Assembly (NCBI RefSeq): GCF_006345805.1
Contig: NC_042999.1
Span: 57,784,001 to 57,848,000, forward strand
Source of the DNA: Octopus sinensis
Lineage: Eukaryota
DNA length: 64,000 nt
Direction: 5' to 3'
Of this stretch, positions 27,194 to 41,139 are shown piece after piece. Each line of letters starts with the position of its first letter. Within the stretch, counting starts at the first letter, position 1. Both the position numbers and the translations under genes were made by a program. The notes under the pieces are model-generated. The model was not told the origin of the DNA, ran no database searches, and was given only the letters and a program-made list of their open reading frames with translations.

Positions 27194-27644
27194 ATAAAGC
27201 TTGTCTCTGACAGTTAACACATTTTGCCAAATGGGAGAAAAATACTTGTATTACCTTACGAGTCCCAGCTGCACCTAACGGAAAGTAGTAGTAGATATCA
27301 TCAGATATTATTAACAAGAATATAAACTCGAGCGATTCTCAAAATTTAATCTTGAAGATAATGATATCATAACGATTAAGGTAGATTTTACACAGATATA
27401 CACATTAATATCTTAGATCTCTCCAAAAAGAAAGTCATTTACCTTGTTAATAAGATGGACCTATTTTACAACCGCTGGTTTCTTGATGCGTTGTTTGTTT
27501 GACTTTTCTACCTCTTCTGCTACTCAAAACTACCTACCTGCATACCCCTTCTACTCTAACTCACAGGACATACCCGTCCCTCTAACGTTGTCACTACGTC
27601 TAAGATTTCATATAAAATACTTTCTTTTAATATTTCCACCCCCA

Positions 27645-28194
27645 AAGGCGGCGAGCTGGCAGAAACTTTAGCACGCCCGCTACGTTCTGAGTTCAAATTT
27701 CGCCGAGGTCGACTTTGCCTTTCATAATTTCGGGGTCGATAAATTAAGTACCAGTTACGCACTGGGGTCGATGTAATCGACTTAATCCCTTTGTCTGTCG
27801 TTGTTTGTCCACTCTATGTTTGGCCCCTTGTGAGTAGTAAAGAAATAGGTATTTCGTCTGCCGTTACGTTCTGAGTTCAAATTCCGCCGAGGTCGACTTT
27901 GCCTTTCTTCCTTTCGGGGTCGATTAAATAAGTACCAGTTACACACTGGGGTCGATATAATCGACCTAATCCGTTTGTCTGTCCTTGTTTGTTCCTTATG
28001 TGTTTAGCCCCTTGTGGGTAGTAAAGAAATAGGTACTTCGTCTGTCTTTACGTTCTGAGTTCAAATTTCGCCGAGGTCAACTTTGCTTTCATCTTTTCGG
28101 AGTCGATAAATTAAGCACCAGTTGCATACTGAGGTCGATCTAATCGACTGGCCCCCTTCCCCAAAATTTCGGGCCTTGTGCCTAGAGTAGAAAA
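27645..28194 (+). mobile_element. Head-to-tail trimer of SINE family B inside one 17-bp TSD
   Basis: Units 27645-27848, 27849-28032 and 28033-28194; TSD taatatttccaccccca at 27628-27644 and 28195-28211. Confidence 0.88.
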
Positions 28195-28364
28195 TAATAT
28201 TTCCACCCCCAGAACCACGATCCCTTGGATCACTCCAGTTGTTCACGTGTACTTTTCCTTTCTTTTTTTTTTTTATTAAAAAAGATTATTTCTGTAATTT
28301 TTGTTATATTATATATATTTTTATTTGTTCGGATATCGAGCAGCAGATGTTCCAGATAAACAAA

Positions 28365-28760
28365 CACCATTGTATGGCTAAGAAGCACGCTTCATAGCCG
28401 TATGGTTCCTGGATCGATACTACTGCGTGACACTTTGAGCCAGTAACTTCTACTGTAACTTCGAGTTGACTGATTAAAAGTTTGTGAAAGAAGCTTGCTT
28501 GAAACGGAAGCTGTGTGGAAGCCTGTCGTATTATACAGATATATATTTATATGAATGCATTCATGTATATATAAATGTACGTACACACACACACACACAC
28601 ACACACATATATGAAAAGGCTGTGTTTATGTTTACTAGTGTAAACCGATGTGCTGAGTGGCGTCCATTTACTTCATAAATGTATCCACAGCAATTCGACA
28701 AATAGCATTCGATAAAATAAGCACCTGACTGAAATCAAGGGTGGTTACGATCGATTTAAA
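28365..28760 (+). mobile_element. Old, diverged SINE family A copy
   Basis: Decayed head, ggaagcctgtcgta followed by microsatellite, decayed tail. Confidence 0.55.
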
Positions 28761-28826
28761 TTCTCCCGCTGAAGATGGGCTTCCGGCAACCAATGATTCA
28801 GTAATTAAAACCTGTATAAAAAGTAT

Positions 28827-29138
28827 TTTCCCTTTTCGCCCTTTTCATGCCTAGCCAGGCTCATGGGCCCGGTTTCCCGGCTTCTATGGCGTATGTGTTC
28901 CCTCCAGCTGGACGGGACGCCAGTCCATCGCAGCGTTACTCAAGAAACAGGAAGAGGGAGTGAGAGAAAGTTGGGGCGAAGGAGTACAACAAGAGTCGCC
29001 ACCACCCCCTGCCGGAGCCTCGTGGAGCTTTAGGTGTTTTCGCTCAATAAACACACACAACGCCCGGTCTGGGAATCGAAACAGCGATCCTCTGACAGCG
29101 AGTCCGCTGCCCTAACCAATGAGCCATTGCGCCTCCAC
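28827..29138 (-). mobile_element. SINE family D (tRNA head, gcgatggactggcgtcccgtccag central motif)
   Basis: Head gtggaggcgcaatggctc with gtttcgattccc B-box-like motif; homologous to 53495-53731. Confidence 0.8.
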
Positions 29139-29294
29139 ATAAAAAAAAGTATTAACTGTATAAATTTCACCAGTGGGGAGTGGTGGGGCTGAAACTATAA
29201 TGGCTACTGTCTCATTTGCCTTTAACTAACTGCGTGTTTTATGGTTGCATTTGATGGCAATTTACAACTTGGATGTTGCACCATTATTCTTAGT

Positions 29295-29538
29295 CTTTTA
29301 CTCTTTTACTTGTTTCAGTCATCTGACAGCGGCCATGCTGGAGCACCGCCTTTAGTCGAGCAGATCAGCCCAGGACTTATTCTTTGCAAGCCTAGTACTT
29401 ATTATAATGGTCTCTTTTGCCGAACCGCTAAGTTACGGGGACGTATATACACCAGCATCTGTTGTCAAGCGAACCGCTAAGTTACGGGGACAAACACAGT
29501 CACATAAACATATACACACACATACATACATACATACA

Positions 29539-29614
<76 letters not shown>

Positions 29615-29787
29615 ATACACGTATATACGACGGGCTTCTTTCAGTTTCCGTCTACCAAATCCACTCACAAGGCTTTGGTCGGCCCGAGGTTATAGTAGAA
29701 GACACTTGCCCAAGGTGCCACGCAGTGGGGCTAAACCCAGAACTATGTTGTTGGTAAGCAAGCTACTTACCACACAGCCACTCCTAC
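29295..29787 (-). mobile_element. SINE family A with short internal duplication
   Basis: Reverse complement of the family A sequence; cgaaccgctaagttacgggga occurs twice. Confidence 0.9.
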
Positions 29788-29887
29788 GTTGTTGATAGAT
29801 GAAGGCGAATATTGCATCAGAGATATTTTGATGACTAACATCAGTTTTTTTCACCCAGGGACGAGCTACATTTTAACAGATATCGAC

Positions 29888-30284
29888 ATGGCTGTATGGC
29901 TAAAAAGCTCGCTTTGCAATCACGCAGTCTGGGTTCAGTCCTACCGCGCGGTACCTTGTGCAAGTGTCTTCTACTACAGACCCGGGCCGACCAATGTTTT
30001 GTCAGTGAATTTGTCAGAAGGAAATTTTGTGGAAGCCCGTCGTATATATATATATATATAGATAGATGTGTGTGCGTGTGTCTTTGTTTGTTCCCCCCTC
30101 CGTCACTTGACAACTAGTGTTAATTTGTTTACGTCTTCGTAGCCTAGCGGTTCGGGATAAGAGACTGATAGAATAAGTACCATATTTCAAAATAAGTATT
30201 GGGATTGATTTGTTCGACTAAACCCTTCAAGTTGGTGTCCCAGTATGGCCGCAGTCCAAGGACTTAAACTAGTAGAAGATAAAG
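29888..30284 (+). mobile_element. Diverged SINE family A subfamily copy
   Basis: Head catggctgtatggctaaaaagctcgc, gaagcccgtcgtata microsatellite site, tail ccagtatggccgcagtcc. Confidence 0.8.
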
Positions 30285-30827
30285 GCTATCGTTGCTGCAG
30301 CTGCGGCTGCTGTTGTTTAGTTCCAAGTTAGCCCTGATTAAGAAAATCTAACGGCGGCGCATCAGCATGGTCGCAGCTCTGAGCTGAAACTACAGAAAAA
30401 AAATGCATTCTGGCCTTGGGCATCGTAACTTTCTATCCAGACACAGTGTAAACCAGAGTACCCTTTCCAATGTGTTCTTTTAAAAAACGGTAGGCTGTGA
30501 CTGAGTTGAGTGAGATTTGACTATTATGGCTAGCATACCAAGCGACCATTTAGAGGCTCTCTCGTTATCGTTCCCATATTAACCATCACGCATCACAGGA
30601 AAGTAGCTTTATACTTAAGTGACATTTTAAAACAACTTTGATCGATCTGTTACGTCTTCTACAGATATGTGGAGTAGACACTCATTGTTGTTGTTGTTGT
30701 TGTAGCGGGTTGTGGTGGTGCTAGTGGTAAGTGACGACGGCGCCGGTAGTTGTGGTGGGAGTTAGCTATTGAGTTTTCCTAATTGAGAAAACTCAAGATC
30801 GAAAGTGCCCCATCCATAGCTAACTTG

Positions 30828-30828
<1 letters not shown>

Positions 30829-30916
<88 letters not shown>
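30829..30916. repeat. (CT)n microsatellite
   Basis: Direct reading. Confidence 0.95.
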
Positions 30917-30918
<2 letters not shown>

Positions 30919-31526
30919 GATCATGTACCTAATACTACATTATGCAATATAGTGTTACGTGTAATCTTTTTATAAAACAGCGTTTAAGCAGAAGTCACCG
31001 CATAGATGCCACCATATTGTTGCCATCGAGTAGAGGCCTCCTCGTAGAAGCTATCACGTAAAGGCCATCATGTAAAGCGCATCACGTAGAGTCTCACTTG
31101 GAGGTTAAGAAACGTTATCTTTCATGCATACTTCGTTGTTATCTTGTTGTTGCTAGTTAACCACGGGAGTACTCTAGTCGAGCTGACTTACAATCAAAGC
31201 TTCCCCACCATGACCATCCTGTTTTGCTCCTATGTTTAAGGAAACTGCGACCACATTATCCAGTGTGTATCTTTCTAAGACGACAAAGTGTGATTTGGCA
31301 AAGACATTTGGCTGATATTTCTAGCAGGTCTAGCGACTACGCAGATGTTCCCTCTTTGGCCCCATTGCTATCATGGAGCCAAAGGGGTGAGAATACGTAT
31401 CTTTTGAAACGTGACGTAATGTAATTGTAATTAGTTTAAGATAGGATATACTTCCCTGCTTCTCTCTATCAGTATTCATTTAATAACATTCCAAATATCC
31501 AACAAACCCAGCTTACGTAATTTTTG

Positions 31527-31640
31527 ATGTTGTTGTTGTTGTTGTTGTTGTTGTTCTTCTTCTTCTTCTTCTTCTTCTTCTTCTTCTTCTTCTTCTTCTT
31601 CTTCTTCTTCTTCTTCTTCTTCCTCTTCGTCGTCGTCGTC
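31527..31640. repeat. Compound (GTT)n(CTT)n(CGT)n microsatellite
   Basis: Direct reading. Confidence 0.9.
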
Positions 31641-32731
31641 GCCGTCATGGCTTAGCTCTAAATGTCCTTAACTGAGAAGACATATGGCCAAATAACTTTT
31701 TAGTCATGTCTTCATGGTCCTTCTCTTAGGATCAATTATATAGGATTACATTGGTCAATGTGACTCTCGATTTTCAAGATGGTACCGTGTGTAATTTGAG
31801 GTAGATTTCACTGCTGTTACAAGCAATAGCAACCAAAACTTCTTCAAATCATCCCTATTGTCTTGAAAGTTTTAAGGGAAATTGGTTGTTTCTTCCAGCA
31901 TCATCAGCCATACTGATAGTAATAACTGATTAATAAGATTATCCTTGATTATAACCATCAGGCTAAACTGATTAAATACCTCGGCGTATCCGGTACTCGG
32001 TTTGCACGCTTTCCTTTTAACACTGTTTTGATTTAGGTCGAATATATTTATATATTTATTCACTTCGTGTATCCAAAAAGTAACACTTCACCGTATCTGT
32101 TTCAGTTCTTGCTTTTCTTTTTGTTATATTTTACTGCTTCGATAATGCAGTAGGCCACACACTGAACTGACACATAAGTTAAAATTATTTTATACAGTTT
32201 TTAAAATATTTTCGTTGTTGAATAATAGAGTATCAAATGTCAAGAAAGTTGACTTTTTTTCCGGTAATATTAAACAAACATGAAAATGGAAAGGATTCAA
32301 CAGAAACTACAAAACAGTTTAATATAAACGAAGCAACCGTTAAAATGCTGCTTCCAAAAGTGGACAGTACCACCCACTTGGTGGGGAGACATTTTACATG
32401 AGTATAATGAAGAGAAAGGGGGAGTAGGGAGGCGATAGATGCATCTGTACAGACTTTTTAAACTTTGTCATCTATTTAAATTTCAACTTTAAAGAAAAAA
32501 TTCTAGTGCCATATTATAAACTGCTTGTTGTCACAATTACAGTAACAGCGACACTAACAATGACCCAGACAGCGTCAGCAATAGTAATACACTTCGAGCA
32601 ACATAAATAATAATAATAAACTCCGAAAAATGTGAATAAGTATTTGGGCAAAATTGAATATACATCACCTATATATGTCAAATATAAACAATGAACAAAA
32701 GTATAATTTAAAAGACATTGAGAAATTTTGT

Positions 32732-32886
32732 AGGCTGTGTGGTAAGTAGCTTGCTTACCAACCACATGGTTCCAGGTTCAGTCCCACTGCGTGGCACCTT
32801 GGGCAAGTGTCTTCTACAATAGCCTCGGGCCGACCAAAGCCTTGTGAGTGGATTTGATAGACGGAAACTGAAAGAAGCCCGTCGTA

Positions 32887-32940
<54 letters not shown>

Positions 32941-33222
32941 GTGTGTGTGTGTGTGTGTGGGTGTGTGGGTGGGTGTTTCTGTGTTTGTGTTTGTCACCCC
33001 ACCCACCCAACATCGCTTGACAACCGATACTGGTGTGTTTACGTCTCCGTAACTTAGCGGTTCGGCAAAAGAGCCCGATAGAATAAGTACTAGGCTTGCA
33101 AAGAATAAGTTCTGGGGTAGATTTGCTCGACTAAAGGCGGTGTTCCAGCATGGCCACAGTCAAATGACTGAAACAATTAAAAGAGTAGAAGAGAGTAAAA
33201 GAGTAAAAGAGAGTAAAAGAGA
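32732..33222 (+). mobile_element. SINE family A, slightly 5'-truncated
   Basis: Family A body and (agtaaaag)n tail. Confidence 0.9.
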
Positions 33223-33300
33223 GAGATATTTCCATAAATGCAAGAAAGCCAGGCTACTGCACTTGTAGAGTTAAATAATGTCCCGACTTGTACGTGTATA

Positions 33301-34050
33301 CAAGGTGGTATCAAAACATTCCAGGACTAGTTATGTTTAATAAAAAAAAATAACTTATTTACATAAGTTTTAACATAAACCTCCTTCGAAATAGTCACCT
33401 TGCGCATCAATACACCAATCTAAGCGTTCCTCCCACTTTTGGAATCCAGCCTAGAAGTTGTTTTCTGTAAATGAGTCGAGGACCTTCTGCGATTCGCTCT
33501 GACTCTCGACAACGTTGTTAAAACGGCGGCCTTTGAGCTACATTTTCATCTTGGGGAACAGACGGAAGTCCGCAAGTGCCAAATCTGGCGAATATGGCGG
33601 ATGCGGAAGAGATGCTATCTTATCTTTGGATACCATGTTATTTTGGAAACTCAGGTGTGAAGAGAGCTCGGTAACAGAGTGCATTGCGGTCGTGAAGAAA
33701 CCATTTCTTCGCACTCCGCAGGTCCATCGATTTCGCCGAACGTTCTTCCCCAAGCGCTTCAAAATATCGCAGAACTCTTGACTGACGGTCTGGTTCTAGG
33801 GGAAGAACTCTCGATGCGCAATATCACATTTTCAGGGGTGACGGCCGGCCTTCCATATTGATCATCGTCTTCCAGGAACGTTCTTCTGCTTTTGAAGAGC
33901 CCGTGTCACTCGAAACATTGCGTACAACTCATTGCTTCGTCGCCGTAAGCTTGCTGAAGCATTCTCAATGTCTCTGTAGTAGACTTCCCAAGTTTAACGC
34001 AAAATTTCACGTTGGCTCTTTGTTCCTGTCCATGACAAAATTGCAGACTA
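33301..34050 (-). mobile_element. Internally deleted mariner transposon (dead transposase)
   Basis: ATG at 34033, N-terminal EQRANVKFCVKLGKS..ETLRMLQQAYGD HTH, HPPYSPDLA motif; central region including the first catalytic Asp is missing; one TIR at 33301 after TA. Confidence 0.88.
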
Positions 34051-34509
34051 CAGCATACACCTGATCACAAAAACACAAATTTCACCACTTGCAAGGTAAA
34101 CACAGTGATCACTCAGTACACTGCTTGAAAACATCACACGAAGGAAGAGGTATATGTATGTTTGTATTTTTGTAATTATGTATGTATGTATGTATGTATG
34201 TATGTATGTATGTATGTATGTATGTATGTATGTATGTATGTATGTGCACACACATACGTACAGCTAGCTTTTCTTCGGCTTACACCGAAGATTATTTCTG
34301 CGTGTCACCTTACAAATCGAAATCGTGAAAGTAGAACGTGAAACATTTTTATTCCGATACCCAGTAGCGAAGAACCTTATTCATGTTTGACAGTGCCGGA
34401 ACGTGGTAAGAATGAATGCATACACATTTGTGTGCGCGCGCGCGTGTACGTGCGTATGTGTGTGCGTGCATGTGTATGTGTGTGCTCTCTCGCGCGTGCA
34501 TACATACGT

Positions 34510-35710
34510 CATCGTCAAGATCCCTCAAATGATGTAGTCAGTCGCTGGAGTGTCGCCCTACACGTTCTTGCAGTCTACCATCGCTATTGGTCTCTGTTCT
34601 CTGTCATGCGTAGCTGAGTCACGGTGACCTGTCCAGTCCTTGATACTGTCAGATTAGGATTCTCTCTTCCTGTCTCTCTTTTGCCCTTTTTTTATCTATG
34701 TCCCGAAGAATGGTTTTGGACAGGGAGTCTTGACGAGACTCGTGGCCGTACAAGGTAAGCTCTCGTCCTTTTAATTGCGCAAATAGTGGTCTCGCTCTGC
34801 CTGCATATTTGTGGATGTGCTGCCTGACAAAGTTGCTTGTTTTGTAATGTGTACCGGATGTGTGGCTGCTTTCAGAAGTAATTGAGCTAAAATGCCCGGA
34901 CTCTTCGTTCCAAATCAAGAGCTGCAAGAGTCCAGCTCTCACACTCATACAGAAGAATCGAAGTCACCAGGGTCTTGTTCACTTTGAGTCTTGTTGGAAA
35001 ACTAATGAAGCTGCTTTTCATACTGTGTCCAGCCTCATCATGGCAGCAGAAGCCAAACTGGGTCTTGTGAGCTCTTTTTGAGATCTGCCGACCTTGATCA
35101 AAATGGATGTGTCCATTTGAAGGTGTCCATTTCATCAAGTCTCTCTCCATTCATTTTGACGTTGGTTGCTGTGTTCTGATTGTTACAGTTAACCAGGATC
35201 TTATTCTTTCTGGACTGATCTCTATCCCGTATCCCGTATGCTCCTGATACTTTCTCCAGTTTGGTGATGAGCTTCCTAACAGATCAATATTATCAGCAAA
35301 GCGTTGGTTAGAAATGAACCGTCCTCCAATGGAAATTTAGGGGTGGAAATCTTGAAGAGTCTCCTGCATTATATTCTCCAGCACGATGTTGAAAAGCACT
35401 GGAAAGAGGAGATATCCTTGCCGAGCAAACACTTATCCTGAAGAATTCTGCAATGTTGTTCAGGAGAACTGTCCTTTTTGAGTTTTCATACAATGCTTGG
35501 AGTTATTCGATGAGGTTGTTGCCGAAGTATTAATTCTTCATCATATACCACTACCCATCGTACCAAACAATGTCAAAGGCCTTTTTTAAGTCGCCGAGAT
35601 TTGATTGGTGCTGCAGATGTTTCTCAGTGAACAGTCTGATGTTAAGTTCTTGCTCCACAGTATTTCTTTGAGCTTGAATCCTGCCTGTTCTTCTGCCTGA
35701 CCCTTAAGTC
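34510..35710 (-). mobile_element. Degenerate RTE-clade LINE
   Basis: KKAFDIVWY remnant near 35570; LVTSILLYECESWTL..LERRVRAF in ORF 34887-35150. Confidence 0.8.
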
Positions 35711-36074
35711 AATTTGTCAATTTAGTAGAACTCTTAATACTTTATGCCTGTCTTTTGCTGGCCTCAAATCTCATTTGTGAATGCATGGAAAACGAACCTC
35801 CTCCAACTATTCTGCCAACTATGTCTGTGCACACCTTTTAATGCAGTGCATGCCAGAAGGTTTGCAAATCCAACAGAGGCCTCAAAAGACATTTTAAGAT
35901 CCACAAAGAGCAGAACTTATCTGCTGGTCTTGGTGGTCCAAAACATAGGTGCAATCTATGTGGGTGTCTTTTCAGAACATAGTATGGTTTAAAAAGTCAC
36001 CTCAGACACCATGATGGTGCTAAGATGTAGTTACAGGAGGTGGTCAAACTCTGTATAAGGAGTAGACAACCACC

Positions 36075-36129
<55 letters not shown>

Positions 36130-36180
36130 TACAGACAGACAGAGAGAGACAGACAGGTAGACAGACAGACAGACAGATAC

Positions 36181-36810
36181 ATACAGTGCGTCCATGCTGC
36201 CAACAAAGCACGCGGAGTTCTGTTTTTGATTCGACGGTCATTCGGAATGCTCACAGCAGCCATATTCCTACCGCTCTGAGACCCATATTAGAGTACGGGA
36301 TTCAAGCCTCTTCTCCTTATCTCCTCAAAGATATACATCATCTCGAAAGAGTCCAGAAGCTGGCTACCCGCATGGTTCTTGGTCTCAAGTATTTGTCTTA
36401 TGAAGAAAGGCTGAAGACGCTCGACCTTTATTCTCTAGAAAAACGACGATGCCGTGGTGATCTCATTCTTGCTCACAACATCATAAGTGGAAAGTGTAAC
36501 CTCTCGAAAGAGCTGTTCTTCACTCCTGCACCAGAGCGTCGGCTGCGGGGTCACTCCGAAAAGCTCTATCTGCGACGATTTCATCTCAATCGAAGGAGAG
36601 GGGCTTTCTCCGTCCGAGTTGCGGATCCGTGGAAGAAGCTGCCGGACGAGATAGTGAAGATGCCGACAACCGCTCGGTTCAAAGTCTCTCTTGACCAGAA
36701 ATGGCCTGAACTCTTTGCATGAACACCCTCCCTGTACATAACTCCATGTCACCCTACATGGCCTTGTTTTTTGCTTTTTGAGCCAAAAAATTAACTTAAC
36801 TTAACTTAAC
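36181..36810 (+). mobile_element. 5'-truncated CR1-clade LINE with (TTAAC)n tail
   Basis: RPILEYG..SPYL.KDI..LERVQKLATRMV..LSYEERLK.LDLYSLEKRR.RGDLI; one frameshift. Confidence 0.9.
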
Positions 36811-37200
36811 ATACATGCATATATACATACATACGTACATACATACATACATACATACATACATACATACATACATACATAGACAGACAGACAGCTAGAT
36901 AGAGAGATAGATACATACATACATACACACGCGCGCGCGCGCAAATATCAACGAATGACAGAGTATGCGAGTTACATAATCACTTTCATTAGGTTACAGT
37001 TGTTTCTGCAATTAGTATCAGTGCGCACAGAGCTAAATCTTTGTGCAACATCATATAACACAAGCACTCAGCTCTTGGGTATACTGCTTCTTATAGCAGA
37101 AACAGCTGTAAGCTAATGAAGGCAATTACTTAACTCTTGTTCTTTTATCATTCATTAATTGATATTGCGCTCTGTACCCGTCTAGCCTTTTACTTTAAAT

Positions 37201-37828
37201 CAGTGGTTGGGGGTCCATATAAGATTTTTTTTTTGTTAAAATTTATCTGCAATATAGTGGTTATACTTCAACAATACACAATTTCTTTTTCAAACAATTC
37301 CTAATAATATTTAATTATAAAAATATAATAGGCGCAGGAGTGGCTGTGTGGTAAATAGCTTGCTTACCAGCCACATGGTTCAGGGTTCAGGGTTCATTCC
37401 CACTGCGTGGCACCTTGGGCAAGTGTCTTCTACTATAGCCCCGGGCCGACCAAAACCTTGTGAGTGGATTTGGTAGACGGAAACTGAAAGAAGCCCGTCG
37501 TATATATGTATATGTATATATATATGTGTGTGTGTGTGTGTTTGTGTGTCTGTGTTTGTCTCTCCAACATCGCTTGACAACCGATGCTGGTGTGTTTATG
37601 TCCCCGTAACTTAGCGGTTCGGCAAAAGAAACCGATAGAATAAGTTCTAGGCTTACAACGAATAAGTCCTGGGGTCGATTTGCTCGACTAAAGGCGGTGC
37701 TCCAGCATGGCCGCAGTCAAATGACTGAAACAAGTAAAAGAAAAAGGACCTTTTTAACATCGAATGACTAGGAAGGTCCATTCGCGTAAAACAGGTCCAT
37801 AGATTTAAAAAATGGTTGAGAATCATTG
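37201..37828. mobile_element. hAT/Charlie-type MITE interrupted by SINE A
   Basis: cagtggtt...ggttgagaatcattg termini; 8-bp TSD ctttaaat / ctctaaat (37193-37200, 37829-37836). Confidence 0.7.
37329..37742 (+). mobile_element. Full-length SINE family A nested in the MITE
   Basis: Family A sequence. Confidence 0.92.
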
Positions 37829-38277
37829 CTCTAAATCTTAAGCACGCTGAATACTCACAACTGTTTATTAGTATTGTTATGCTTAAACGAAATCGGGAGT
37901 GTGTGTGTACACGTCCGCGCCCGCCCGCTTGAAAAGTTGCTTGATTTACATATCACAGAAAGGATCGGGGGGAGGAGAGAGTTAATGAAGGAAAAAGGGA
38001 GCAAAAGTAGGGAGAGGAAGGGAGGGAGACAGACTGACAGGCAGACAGGATAAAGAGAGAAAGCAGGAGAGTAAGATGAACATATGACTTGCTTGTTTGC
38101 CAACGATTATAACCTCTTTTATGTAGCCTTGAGTGTAACAATGTATCAATGAGTGGAAACTGCGACACGATTTCATTTCCTGATTGAATGACATCTTTCA
38201 ATGACGTTACTAATCTCCCTGGCAATGCATGAACACCACGATGCTCCTGCACCCTCCTCTTTTGAAACAATAAGCAT

Positions 38278-38503
38278 TCTAATCTTTTATCTTTTCCTTA
38301 TTTCGGTCATTAGACTGCGGCCATGCTGGGGCACCGCATTAAGGGGGGGGGGGTTAATCGAACAAATCAGCTGCAGTACTTATATTTCTTTCAAGCCTGA
38401 TTGTTATTCGATCGGTCACTTTTGCCGAACCGCTACATTAAGTGGATGTAAACAAAACAACACCAGTTGTCAGTTGTTGGTGGGAGGACAAATACAAACA
38501 TAG

Positions 38504-38598
<95 letters not shown>

Positions 38599-38669
38599 AA
38601 CAGACAGACAGGCAGGCAGGCAGGCAGGCAGATAGACAGACAGACAGATAGACAGACAGATAGGCAGAC

Positions 38670-38758
<89 letters not shown>

Positions 38759-38938
38759 AATAGATAGATAGATATACGACTGACTTCCACACAGTTTCCG
38801 TCAACCAAATTCACTCACAAGATATTGATTGACCTGAGGCTATATAATAGAAGACAATTGCCCAAGGTGCCGCGCGGTGGGACTCGACCCAAAAGCGCGT
38901 GGTTGCAAAGCGAGTTTCTTAACTACACAGCCATGCCT
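38278..38938 (-). mobile_element. SINE family A variant carrying a ~270-bp (GATA)/(GACA) array
   Basis: Tail 38278-38500 and head 38775-38938 flank the array at the usual internal microsatellite site. Confidence 0.8.
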
Positions 38939-40388
38939 AGGGTTATTTTGACATTTTCCTGTTGCCTGTTTTTGTTTTCTTTAAATTCCCTGTCGACGCT
39001 TTCCAGTTGTGTCAAATTAAATTATCAATCGATCTAACGTAGAAGTCACTACATTAGTCAGTCGGTGAATTTGCTGAAAATAGTAGTTAAATTCTATTCA
39101 AAGCAGGCCTTATCATTTTGAATCAAGAAGATTACACCGAATCGTTTACCCAGACTTTGACTGGGTGATGAATCTTCAGGTGTGAATACATGGTGATAGG
39201 AGAGTTGATAAATTTTCAGGTGGAAGACACAGACACATCATCACGACTACCACCACAACCACCATCATGACCACAACCATTATGATTATATGCACCTTCA
39301 CTCCACCACCACTGACGCCACCGTCATCACTAACATCACCACCACAACCATTTACAATGATACTGCCACCAACTATTACCACCACCAGCAACAACAAAAG
39401 GTAACAACTACGTGGTGGTTGGCCCTGTTAGTAATAACAGATCTCATGCGCATTATACCCTACCGTCTGAAATAAGAACGATATGTTGGGGGTGATCACG
39501 GTTGGAACATTTTTGATCATATTTTCCAGATTGATCAGGATTTTCATGAGATGTCATCAAATAGTTTTGAAGAGAGAAATAATCCATGCGCCAAAAGTTA
39601 AGCGTATTTATAGACAAACAAAACTCTTCCGCGGGACACGTAAAGTTTATAAATATTTTCTGTTTTTTAATAAATGAACAACAAAAAGATCAGGAAACGA
39701 ATCACTTACCAAAAGTTTCTGTTCTTAAATCTTTTTTAATTAGACGGTGGTTATTAATATTGTTACTGTTGTTGTTGTTGGTAATGAATTTGTCCGTGCG
39801 TCTATTTTTCCCACCACAAATAACAATACGTATTACGTAAACCGCTCACTCTCTCTCTATCTCTGTCTCTCTCTTTCTTTCTTATTTTCTGTTCCTATTC
39901 CTCAGTCAACATTTCTTTCCTCTTCTCTACTTCTTTTCCCCTCCCCTTCTCTCTGTTTCATCTCTCCTTGTTTCACTCTTCCTCCCAATTTCCCTCGTTC
40001 TCTCACCCTCTCCTTATATATATATATATAAATAAGTGTGTATGTGTGTATGAACTTTTTTTTCTTAGCCCTTCTCCAAGTTAGTATTTTTATTTATTTC
40101 TTCTGTGGCGACTGTTTTACTCTCCTCAAACTACTTTGTAGGCGTAATGTATACATGTGTGCTGTGTATTTTAGCGTGCGTGTGTGTGCATTTATATGTG
40201 CATATGTACGTATTACGTAAGTTTACTGGCTTGCATATACATCAAATCAGTATTTGTGCATTCTACGTATATCTTTGCATCGGAGTGTTAATTATGTAAA
40301 ACCCTGATATTATGTATGTATGTATGTTTACCTATCTAAAAGTACATATATACATCAATGTGTGCGAGAGTATGATGTAGGTGTGTGC

Positions 40389-40462
<74 letters not shown>

Positions 40463-41139
40463 TATACAAACACGTACGTACTATGTATGTATGTATGTAT
40501 GTATGTATACATAGTTTAGCAGTCAACGACTCCTGTTAAACTACAAAAATAAATACTTTATATAACGTATTGAGTTCTCTTTTCTCCATACACGCTTCCA
40601 TAGTGTGTGTGTGCGTGCGTGTCTGCGTGCGTGCGTGCGTGCGTGTGTGTCTGTATGTTTATATACGTTGGAGGAGGGAAGGTAATGTTGTGATGTTATG
40701 TGAGCACAAGCACGTGCACAAACAGGTGAACACTGAATTGCAACTCAAACTTTACCAAACCACACACACACACACACTCACACTCACACACACACTCACA
40801 CACTCTCTCTCTCACACACACACACACACAAACAGTCGCGCGTGCGCGCACTCATATATTTAAACATTTGCACATGTATACAGAGAAACCACTAAAGCGC
40901 TCTGTGACACACCCTGATATGCACACCCTTACACGGAATACACATAAGCTTATATATACACGCCCTGGCAGGAGCAAACATAGACAGTTACAAAGGCAAC
41001 AAACTGCATATAATATAGACACAGGCACACGCACACACACCTACATACACACACATACACACTACAACCGTTTAGAAAGAAATGTTGTGTGTAATTGTAT
41101 ACGAGGTACCAAGAACTTTTCCTGTCTTGCTGAAAAGTG

